Origin: a virus
Lineage: Duplodnaviria > Caudoviricetes
Direction: 5' to 3' (one strand)
Length of the DNA: 37,440 bases
IMG/VR virus record: IMGVR_UViG_3300028633_000021
Location: 1 to 37,440 of that record
Shown: positions 1 through 6,682 of the stretch, piece after piece
Layout: each line of letters opens with the position of its first letter
How positions within the stretch are numbered: the stretch's first letter is position 1
The notes under the pieces: generated by a model
The model's input: the letters and a program-made list of their open reading frames with translations, nothing else
Told to the model about the DNA's origin: nothing
Databases searched by the model: none
Position numbers and translations under genes: made by a program

Positions 1-327
1 CACGGCGTGCGTCCGCGCAGTGACCAGTGGCGCGTGGTGGCCGATGGCGAGCACCAGGTGAGCCCGGCCCTCGGCCTGGTGGGCGCCATGCTGTCGCTGC
101 GCCACGAATTCGGGCGCGCCCCATCGCGCCGCGAACTGGTCGGGCTGCAGCACCTGTGGACAGCCCGTGACGAGGCTGACGCCGCCGCGGCGCAAGCCGA
201 AGCAATTGACCTGATGGTAGAGTGTGAGAACACGCTAGGCGATGAAGTTTCTCGCCAGATCCCCGCCAGTCGGGGCGCCCCAGTCGGGGCTGCGCCATTC
301 CCGAAGCCCGCCATGCCCGCCGCATGA
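1..327 (+). CDS. 3' part of a hypothetical protein (frame open from the window edge)
   Basis: Frame 1 is open from position 1 to TGA at 325-327 with GC-rich third positions in the first ~200 nt. No recognisable motif. Confidence 0.45.
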   Translation, partial: HGVRPRSDQWRVVADGEHQVSPALGLVGAMLSLRHEFGRAPSRRELVGLQHLWTARDEADAAAAQAEAIDLMVECENTLGDEVSRQIPASRGAPVGAAPFPKPAMPAA

Positions 328-336
328 GCGGGCTTT
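304..336 (+). terminator. Putative intrinsic terminator/hairpin ahead of the lysis cassette
   Basis: AAGCCCGC-CATGC...GCATG-A-GCGGGCTTT inverted repeat with a short T run. Confidence 0.45.
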
Positions 337-355
337 GCTGCATCTGGAGCCGCGC

Positions 356-619
356 ATGCGCACCATCCCCCATGACAAGGCCCTGCACCTGATTGCAGGC
401 GCCGCCTTCGCCTTCGCCGGCCTGGTGCTGGCCAGCGCCACGGGCGCCACAGGCCTGATTCCGGGCGCCGTGGGTGTCGCGCTGGCGGCCGCCGCCGGCG
501 TGCTGCGCGAGGCCTACAACACCGCCACGGGCGGCCAGTGGTCGTGGGAGGATGTCGCCTACACCGCGGGTGGCAGCGCCCCTGTTGCGGGCGCCGCGTG
601 GCTGGCTACAAGCCCATGA
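356..619 (+). CDS. Small phage membrane protein (VanZ/YfiM-like DKxLH...RE.Y...G..S..D pattern), 87 aa
   Basis: GGAG at 346-349, ATG at 356, hydrophobic helices, ATGA overlap with the next gene. Confidence 0.75.
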   Translation: MRTIPHDKALHLIAGAAFAFAGLVLASATGATGLIPGAVGVALAAAAGVLREAYNTATGGQWSWEDVAYTAGGSAPVAGAAWLATSP

Positions 620-1029
620 GCGAGGGGCCGATCACGGCGCTGCTGGCGCCCATCACCGGGCACCTGGCCGAGGTCGGGTTGGCGGTGGCCGCGCTGGTGC
701 TCGGGCTGCGCAAGGCGCAGGCGAAATGGGGCAGCGTGGGCGTCGACATCGCCCAGTCGCGCACCGACACGGCCGAGGCCGATGCCCGCACCGACATCGT
801 GGAGCAGCTGCGCAACGAGCTGACGCGCCTGAGCGAGCAGCGCCTGCTGGTGGGCGGGGAGCTGGCCAAGCTGCAGCTGCACATCCTGGAACTGACCAAG
901 CAGGCCGGCTACCTGACGACCCAGGTGTCGCTGCTGACGTCCGAAAACGTGGCCCTCAAGGGTGAGATCACCGAGCTGCGCGCCGAAGTGTCCAGGTTGC
1001 GCACCGTGCACGTGGGAGCATCGAAATGA
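616..1029 (+). CDS. Membrane-anchored coiled-coil protein of the lysis cassette, 137 aa
   Basis: ATG at 616 overlaps the upstream stop. One N-terminal TM segment is followed by heptad-like LRNELTRL...LKGEITELRAEV. Confidence 0.75.
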   Translation: MSEGPITALLAPITGHLAEVGLAVAALVLGLRKAQAKWGSVGVDIAQSRTDTAEADARTDIVEQLRNELTRLSEQRLLVGGELAKLQLHILELTKQAGYLTTQVSLLTSENVALKGEITELRAEVSRLRTVHVGASK

Positions 1030-1247
1030 TCCAGGCCATCCCAAACTGGCGCCGCGCCTGGCGCATGCTGTCGGTGCAGATCGCTGCGCTGGCTGTGACC
1101 TGGGGTGCGCTGCCGATTGACACGCAGCAGGCCGTGCTGGCGCTGGCCGGCGTGCCCGCCGAGCGGGTGCCGGCGCTGCTGGGCGTGCTGGTGCTGCTGG
1201 CGCGCCTGGTGGACCAGCCCGCGACGCGCGGCAAGGGCGGCGCGTGA
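1026..1247 (+). CDS. Putative holin, 73 aa
   Basis: IPNWRRAWRMLSVQ N-terminus and two hydrophobic segments. Lies immediately before the endolysin with overlapping start/stop. Confidence 0.75.
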   Translation: MIQAIPNWRRAWRMLSVQIAALAVTWGALPIDTQQAVLALAGVPAERVPALLGVLVLLARLVDQPATRGKGGA

Positions 1248-1630
1248 GCCCGCGCAGTGAACGCAACTTGGGCGGGGTGCACCCGGACCTGGTGCGCGTG
1301 GTGCGCGCCGCTGACGCCGCGATGCTGGGCCGCGCCGACAAGCTGGCCTTCGTCGTCATCGAAGGCCTGCGCACCCGGGCGCGCCAGGCGCAGCTGGTGG
1401 CCGCTGGCGCATCGCAGACGATGGCCGGCCGCCACCTGACGGGCCACGCCGTCGACCTGATGGCCACCGTGGTCGGCGTTGGCCGGTGGGACTGGCCGCT
1501 GTACGCCACGCTGGGCGCGCTGCTGAAGCAAGTCGCAGCGGCCGAGGGCGTGCCGATCATCTGGGGCGGCGACTGGCGCACGTTGCGCGACGGGCCGCAC
1601 TTCGAGCTGGACCGAAAGGTGTACCCATGA
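1244..1630 (+). CDS. Endolysin, peptidase M15 (L-Ala-D-Glu type)
   Basis: Motifs EGLRT..RQ, RHLTGHAVDL and WGGDW...DGPHFEL. Confidence 0.92.
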   Translation: MSPRSERNLGGVHPDLVRVVRAADAAMLGRADKLAFVVIEGLRTRARQAQLVAAGASQTMAGRHLTGHAVDLMATVVGVGRWDWPLYATLGALLKQVAAAEGVPIIWGGDWRTLRDGPHFELDRKVYP

Positions 1631-2130
1631 ACTGGCTGCAGTCGAAACTGTCCCTGGTGCTGGCGCTGCTGCTGGCGCTGGCCGTCGTCGCGGTGGGCGT
1701 GCAGTCGCTGCGCCTGGCCGCGATGCATGCCGATGTCGCGCAGCGCGAGCAGGCCCACGCCGAGGCCGCGCTGCTGTACGCGGAAGCCGCCCGTCAGACC
1801 GAACAGGCCTGGGCCAAGAAACTGCAGGAGGTGCAACATGCACGAGACGCGGAGCTGGCGCGCGCGCATCGCATCGGCGATGGCCTGCGCACTGATCGTG
1901 AGTGGCTGCGCGTCGACACCGCCAGCTTTGCCGCCGGCCCTGCCGACGATTCCGCCGCCGCCTGTCGTGAGCGAGCCGCCACCCTCGGGCGCCTACTGGA
2001 CGATGCTCTGCGAACTGCAGCGACGATTGCAGGCAGCGCTGAACAGCACGCGGCCGATGTCCGAGCACTGCGGGCCAGCTGGCCCGTGAACGAACCCCAC
2101 AACGAAAAACCCCCGTCGACCTTGCAATAG
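1627..2130 (+). CDS. Rz: Rz-like inner-membrane spanin, 167 aa
   Basis: ATG at 1627 (ATGA overlap), N-terminal TM helix, Ala-rich coiled coil, position after the endolysin. Confidence 0.85.
   Translation: MNWLQSKLSLVLALLLALAVVAVGVQSLRLAAMHADVAQREQAHAEAALLYAEAARQTEQAWAKKLQEVQHARDAELARAHRIGDGLRTDREWLRVDTASFAAGPADDSAAACRERAATLGRLLDDALRTAATIAGSAEQHAADVRALRASWPVNEPHNEKPPSTLQ
1838..2089 (+). CDS. Rz1: Rz1-like outer-membrane lipoprotein spanin embedded in Rz (+1 frame), 83 aa
   Basis: AGGAGG at 1826-1831, ATG at 1838, signal peptide with lipobox IVSG-C, Pro-rich mature part. Confidence 0.85.
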   Translation: MHETRSWRARIASAMACALIVSGCASTPPALPPALPTIPPPPVVSEPPPSGAYWTMLCELQRRLQAALNSTRPMSEHCGPAGP

Positions 2131-2140
2131 TCGACGGGGG
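2105..2140 (-). terminator. Intrinsic terminator for the reverse-strand cassette (possibly bidirectional)
   Basis: Perfect 11-bp stem CCCCCGTCGAC/GTCGACGGGGG (2110-2140). AAAAA at 2105-2109 gives a U-tract on the minus strand. Confidence 0.8.
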
Positions 2141-2256
2141 CATTCTCCGCGCCGGGCCCACTGTCACCCCCAGGTCTGCCAACCGTCGGGGCCCGAATAG
2201 CGTCAGGGTTCGCGCGATGGCCGCGATTGTGCCCTGTGGATAACCTGTGTGCAAGC

Positions 2257-2532
2257 CTACGCAGGCTTGCGCGACTTGCGCCGCGCGTACCAGTGCAGCG
2301 CAATGTGCACCGCCTCGGTTTCGGTCTTGCCCGGGTGCTCGGCGTGGACCTTGGCCAGCGCCTCGGCGCCTTCTGGTGTGAGGGTCACGTTCAGGCGCCG
2401 GCCGCCAGCGCGCAGCGCATTCTCGCGGGACTTGCGCTGGCGCTCGGCCGGCGGCGTCTGCCCGGTGCGTGGCCGGCCTGGCCGCTTCTTGGCTGGCGCT
2501 GTCTTCAGTGGCGGGAAGATGGGCGGGGTCAT
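2257..2532 (-). CDS. Small basic DNA-binding protein (AT-hook-like RPGRP plus ribbon-helix-helix-like RLNVTLTPEG), 91 aa
   Basis: ORF track, ATGA coupling to the upstream gene, motif pattern. Confidence 0.7.
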   Translation of the reverse strand: MTPPIFPPLKTAPAKKRPGRPRTGQTPPAERQRKSRENALRAGGRRLNVTLTPEGAEALAKVHAEHPGKTETEAVHIALHWYARRKSRKPA

Positions 2533-2714
2533 GGCGCCGACTCCACCAGTCGCCGCATCCAGTCGCTGCCGCCGCGCTTTTTGAACTTGGCTTTCTGCTT
2601 CGCGGTGCAGTAGAACGCGATGCGTTCGGTGTACTCGGGCGCGCCGTGCGGCGCGCGGCGGCCGGTGCGGTGTTGCTGCTGCTTGGCTTGTGGCATCTTC
2701 TTGTCTCCGGTCAC
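2529..2714 (-). CDS. Small basic protein, RHH-like, up to 61 aa
   Basis: ERIAFYCTAKQKAKFKKRGGSDWMRRLV pattern; coupled to its neighbours. Confidence 0.65.
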   Translation of the reverse strand: MTGDKKMPQAKQQQHRTGRRAPHGAPEYTERIAFYCTAKQKAKFKKRGGSDWMRRLVESAP

Positions 2715-2815
2715 AGATCGTCAGGATACATGCCGCCCGGCACCGGGTCGTCTTCGCCTGGCAGGTGCGCCACGCTGACCTGGGGCTCGCATGCAGGCCA
2801 AGCCGGTGGGGTCAA
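2711..2815 (-). CDS. Unannotated 34-aa acidic micro-ORF ([34 protein letters not shown])
   Basis: The TTG start overlaps the radC stop (TTGA) and its TGA overlaps the next GTG start (GTGA), so it exactly fills the gap. Confidence 0.5.
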   Translation of the reverse strand: MTPPAWPACEPQVSVAHLPGEDDPVPGGMYPDDL

Positions 2816-3315
2816 AGCAGCCCACGCTCGGCGAAAGACGTCACGGACGAGCCGCCGACGATCAGGTGGTCGAGCACTCGCACGTCGACCAGCACCAGCG
2901 CCGACTTCAGCGTCTGCGTGAGGAACTCATCGGCCCGCGACGGTTCGGGCAGGCCTGACGGGTGGTTGTGCGCAAGGATCACGGCGCCCGCGTTCAAAGC
3001 CAGCGCCTGCTTCACCACTTCGCGCGGGTAGACGCTGGTTTGCGTCAGCGTGCCGGTGAACATGGTGCGCGCCTCGATCAGCCGGTGCTGCGCGTCCAGA
3101 AACAGCACGTCGAAGCATTCGGCCTCGGCCGTGGCCAGGCGCAGCGTGCAAAAGTCCTTCACGGTGCGCGGTGCGTCGAACGTCGGGCCGGGCGTGCGCA
3201 GCCGCTGCAGCAGCACCACAAGCGCGCGGCGGATCAGCTCGTCGCCGTGCTCGGTGTCGGCCGGTGCGCTGCCGTAGGTCGGCAGGTCTTCGGATCGTGC
3301 GATGGTCGGTTGCAT
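2812..3315 (-). CDS. radC: RadC-family JAB/MPN domain protein
   Basis: [18 protein letters not shown]...[17 protein letters not shown]...VLDHLIVG...SFAERGLL; GAGGA RBS upstream. Confidence 0.93.
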   Translation of the reverse strand: MQPTIARSEDLPTYGSAPADTEHGDELIRRALVVLLQRLRTPGPTFDAPRTVKDFCTLRLATAEAECFDVLFLDAQHRLIEARTMFTGTLTQTSVYPREVVKQALALNAGAVILAHNHPSGLPEPSRADEFLTQTLKSALVLVDVRVLDHLIVGGSSVTSFAERGLL

Positions 3316-3328
3316 GGGGTGGTCCTCC

Positions 3329-3595
3329 TCAGACCTTGACGTTGAAGTAGGCGCAGAAGGCAGCGGCGGCCGCCTCTTGCGTGGTGTCGTGGAACTCGGC
3401 CAGGGGCACGGCGCGCCCCTTCTGGTGCGCGATGGCCACCCAGACGGCGCCGCGCTTCTCGAAGGTGGCGCCGCGCTTCGTGGCCTTCACGATGGCCGGC
3501 GCTTCGGGCTGGGTGAGGGTGAACTCCTCGGCCGGCTGCTCGAAGATGTCCACTTGCTTCTGGGCGGCCAGCTTGCCCGCGGTGGTGGTGAACAT
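3329..3595 (-). CDS. Hypothetical protein, 88 aa
   Basis: GGAG RBS, phage-like codon use, in the operon. Confidence 0.7.
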   Translation of the reverse strand: MFTTTAGKLAAQKQVDIFEQPAEEFTLTQPEAPAIVKATKRGATFEKRGAVWVAIAHQKGRAVPLAEFHDTTQEAAAAAFCAYFNVKV

Positions 3596-3598
3596 GGG

Positions 3599-3754
3599 CT
3601 ACTCCGGTGAACCATCACCGCCGCAGTGCTCAGCACAGTCGGTATCGGTGAGGCAGTCGCAGGGCAGCTCTGGCGCCGACAGCACCACAGCCAGGACGGC
3701 CGCAGTCACCCACGGCGCGAGAACGATCAGGAGAAGGCGCAGGGCGTCGCGCAT
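3599..3754 (-). CDS. Unannotated 51-aa membrane protein with a Cys-rich C-terminus (CDCLTDTDCAEHC)
   Basis: ATG at 3754, three nt after the upstream TGA; TAG at 3599-3601; one TM helix. Fills the gap in the operon. Confidence 0.65.
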   Translation of the reverse strand: MRDALRLLLIVLAPWVTAAVLAVVLSAPELPCDCLTDTDCAEHCGGDGSPE

Positions 3755-3757
3755 GGC

Positions 3758-4057
3758 TCAGGCCCCCGCGCTGGCGCGTTCGTCAGTGATCGGCAGCGCC
3801 GCCTTCATGGTGTCGATCCAGACTTGCACGTCGTCCGCAGCCTGCAGGTACTGGCCCCGCTTGTAGGTCTTGCCGCTGTACTCCCGGGCGATGGCCAGCA
3901 GCACCGCAGGCGTCGCGCCCCGCGTCATCTTCAGGCCGGTCTTGGCGTACATCAGCAGAGCCTGCTTGACGTGCACGGCCCGGTACAGATTGACTGCATC
4001 GGCGCCGACAAAGCTGGTGCCGCCGGTCTTGTGGTGGACGATCTCGGAATGGCTCAT
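3758..4057 (-). CDS. Hypothetical protein, 99 aa (MSHSEIVHH...)
   Basis: GGAG RBS before ATG at 4057; typical codon use. Confidence 0.7.
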   Translation of the reverse strand: MSHSEIVHHKTGGTSFVGADAVNLYRAVHVKQALLMYAKTGLKMTRGATPAVLLAIAREYSGKTYKRGQYLQAADDVQVWIDTMKAALPITDERASAGA

Positions 4058-4067
4058 GGTCAGGCTC

Positions 4068-4292
4068 CTACAAGGTGACGCACGCAGCCAGCTGTGTGCT
4101 GATCTGGCCCGAGCGATCAAGGTGGTCGATGAAGCCAACGAAGGCGACGCGCGTATCGGCCGGCTGGTCGTTCTGCCGCGCCACACGACGGCGCCCGCCC
4201 TTGGTCGGCACAGAGAACGTGCGCAGCGCCTTCGGGTGCGCATCCCAGAAGGCAGCCCGCACCTGGGCCTGCGTGGTGTAGGCGCGCTTCAC
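4068..4292 (-). CDS. Hypothetical small phage protein, 74 aa (MKRAYTTQAQVRAAFW...)
   Basis: GTG at 4292 (GTGA overlap), in frame with track ORF 4068-4310. Confidence 0.65.
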   Translation of the reverse strand: MKRAYTTQAQVRAAFWDAHPKALRTFSVPTKGGRRRVARQNDQPADTRVAFVGFIDHLDRSGQISTQLAACVTL

Positions 4293-4430
4293 GACAGCAC
4301 CACCAACCACGCAATGGCCCTGGCCTCGTGCGAGTTGATCGAATACCAGTCGCCATTGGCCGCTTGGTCCTCATCGGACCGCAGTTCGACGATGTGCGCA
4401 TCATGTTTCTCCTCGGTGGTGAAGCTGCAA

Positions 4431-4467
4431 TGTGATTAATGTGCCCGGTCACACAAATGGTTGTCAA
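4431..4467 (-). promoter_or_regulatory. Putative sigma70 promoter of the reverse cassette with an overlapping inverted repeat
   Basis: Perfect TTGACA (minus strand, 4467-4462), weak -10 (CACATT at 18 nt), TGTGA-N13-TCACA at 4431-4453, in an AT-rich island between divergent genes. Confidence 0.55.
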
Positions 4468-4476
4468 GGGGTTTCG

Positions 4477-5208
4477 ATGAAGAATTCGCAGAAAGTCACG
4501 AAGCCCCTGGCAACGGCGCGCACCAAGCCCGAAGGACAGAAGACCGAAGGCCCGGCAAAGCCTGGGCAGAAGCGCCTGGACTGGCAGCGCATCCAGGCAG
4601 ACCACAGCACCGGACAGTTCACGGACGTGGAGCTGGCACGCAAGCACGGCACGCACGCCGAGACGATCAGCCGGCGCCGCACGCGCGACCGCGCCACGAA
4701 CCCGGCGGCATGGCCCGTCGACCGCTCGAAGGACGTTCAGGTGGCGACGGCCGCGCTGCTGATGCACGAAGGCGTCAAGGCGACGCTCAACGCGGGTCAT
4801 GGCGCCGAGGCAGTGATGGTCGCCGCCCACGTGGCCAAGGACGTCATCCTCTCCCACCGCCACGAGATCAAGGACGGCCGCCGCGTGGCCGCTGCCCTCA
4901 TGGCCGAGCTGGAGAGCGTCACCGTCAACCGTGACGGCGTGGCCCGCATGCTGCAGCTGGTGGCCGGCACGCTCAACGAGGCAGACGCGGCCGCCCTGGT
5001 GGCGCAGGCCCGCGAGCTGGTGAAGCTGCACAGCCGGGTTGGCAGCGTGCAGAAGCTGGCCGACGCCATGCAGCGCCTGCAAGGCCTGGAACGCAAGGCC
5101 TTCGGCATCGCCGACGACGACGCCGGCACCAGCCCGCTCGACACGATGAGCGTGGGTGAGCTGGAGGCGGAAGTCGCCAGGCTCTCGGCCACGCTGGCCG
5201 GCGGATGA
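4477..5208 (+). CDS. Terminase small subunit-like HTH protein, ~243 aa
   Basis: DWQRIQADHSTGQFTDVELARKHG HTH pattern and C-terminal LQGLERKAFGI; upstream of terL. Confidence 0.7.
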   Translation: MKNSQKVTKPLATARTKPEGQKTEGPAKPGQKRLDWQRIQADHSTGQFTDVELARKHGTHAETISRRRTRDRATNPAAWPVDRSKDVQVATAALLMHEGVKATLNAGHGAEAVMVAAHVAKDVILSHRHEIKDGRRVAAALMAELESVTVNRDGVARMLQLVAGTLNEADAAALVAQARELVKLHSRVGSVQKLADAMQRLQGLERKAFGIADDDAGTSPLDTMSVGELEAEVARLSATLAGG

Positions 5209-5548
5209 CGGGTTAGGTGCCCTCGTCACTCACGAGGGCACCTCGGCCCGTGGTCGTGCGCATAGCCGCGACAAGCTATCTAGTGTGCCGACAGGCGCCC
5301 AGGTGCCACGAAAGCCGGGTTGAGACGCTGCCCAGGCCCTGACGACACACTAGCCGTTACGACTGGCAACAGATGGCGCGTGGCGTGGCCCGGTCGGCCG
5401 CCCCCGACGACGCCCGCCGGCGGCCCGGTCGATGGCCGGCGACCCCCCGGGGGGGGGGATGCGAGATGCGCGACCCCGGGGGCCTGTTGTGCGGTTCCAT
5501 CCACCCCACCCCCGTCAAACCCTCCCGCGCGAGAGTCAAGGAGTCCCC

Positions 5549-5878
5549 ATGATCAAACCCACCGTCGGCCGCAAGGTCTGGTATCGCCCGCACACCTTCG
5601 AGCGGACGCACACGCATGCGCAGCCGTTCGACGCGACCATCACGCACGTGTGGAGCGACACCTGCGTGAACCTGCTGGTGTTCAACGAGAACGGCGTGCA
5701 GCTGCTGGGCAAGACCAGCGTGCGGCTGGCGCAGGACGTGCCGGCGCAGCCGGGCGAGTGCGAGTGGATGCCGTACCCGGTTGGCCAGGCCCAGGCCGCG
5801 GCGCCGGTGCCTGAGCCGCCACCGGCGACCAACGCCTACGTCGAGTCGGGCTCCGAGCCCTTCGCGGAAGGCGGCTGA
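5549..5878 (+). CDS. Conserved phage hypothetical protein (PTVGR.VWY...A.I..V.....VNL.V, SH3-like), 109 aa
   Basis: AAGGAG RBS, ATG at 5549. Confidence 0.75.
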   Translation: MIKPTVGRKVWYRPHTFERTHTHAQPFDATITHVWSDTCVNLLVFNENGVQLLGKTSVRLAQDVPAQPGECEWMPYPVGQAQAAAPVPEPPPATNAYVESGSEPFAEGG

Positions 5879-6032
5879 GTTCAGGTGCAGGGCGGCGGTC
5901 GCGTCGCGTGCGGCGGGCAGGGTTTCGCTCGTCAGGGGACTTACATCCGCACGGTGCGTTTCCCGCGTTGCACCCCCCAGGGGGGAGGTCCGAATTGCGG
6001 ACCCGGCCCCATCGTTTGAAGGAACCCCACCC

Positions 6033-6242
6033 ATGAACCTGCAACCCCACCAGCAGCGGGTCGTCGAGGAGCGCGAGCGTGTCTCTGGCGACCTGGCCAA
6101 GCTGCTCTCGTTCCTGCTGACGCCCACCTTCGGCGGCCTGCCGGCGGTCGAGCGAAACCTGTTGAGCAGCCAGGCGCATCACATGAGCTGCTACGTGGCC
6201 GTGCTCGATGAGCGCATCGCGTTGTGGATGCAGGACGCATGA
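6033..6242 (+). CDS. crAss001_48-like small helical protein (candidate signalling-nucleotide sponge), 69 aa
   Basis: HQQRVVEE...L.KL..FL....F..L...E..LL..Q...M..Y..VL..RI pattern; AAGGA RBS. Confidence 0.7.
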   Translation: MNLQPHQQRVVEERERVSGDLAKLLSFLLTPTFGGLPAVERNLLSSQAHHMSCYVAVLDERIALWMQDA

Positions 6243-6682
6243 CCGTCATTGCCTGGGACGGCCGCACGCTGGCGGCCGACAAGATGACGTCGTTCGGTGG
6301 CCTGCACGCCACGACGACGAAGGTGCACCGCGTTGGCGATGCGCTGGTTGGTGGCTGCGGCCTCGCTGCGCTGGTTGTCGAGATGCGCGAGTGGGTGCGT
6401 GCTGGCGCAGACCCGGCGACCTTTCCGGCGGCGCAGCGCGACGCAAAAGAGTGCTGCAGCCTGCTGGTGATCCGGCGGGGGTACGCGGCCCTCCAGTACG
6501 AGAACACGCCATACCCGCTGGTGATCGAGAACCGGCTGTGGGCGATCGGCAGCGGCCGCGACTTCGCGATGATGGCGATGCACCTGGGCAAGAGCGCTGC
6601 CGAGGCCGTCGCGCTGACGGCGGCACTGTGCAACGACTGCGGTAACGGCGTCGACGCGCTGGCGATCGACCCCTGGGCATGA
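6239..6682 (+). CDS. Ntn-hydrolase / HslV-proteasome-like peptidase, 147 aa
   Basis: M-T-VIAWDG..LAAD, a Lys in TTKV, AIGSG motif; Thr2 as likely N-terminal nucleophile; ATGA coupling on both sides. Confidence 0.75.
   Translation: MTVIAWDGRTLAADKMTSFGGLHATTTKVHRVGDALVGGCGLAALVVEMREWVRAGADPATFPAAQRDAKECCSLLVIRRGYAALQYENTPYPLVIENRLWAIGSGRDFAMMAMHLGKSAAEAVALTAALCNDCGNGVDALAIDPWA

Noticed and set aside
5300-5353. CGAAA and CTGACGA resembling a hammerhead ribozyme core
   Set aside because: The required stem II closure and stem I/UH arrangement cannot be formed; kept only as a generic structured element.
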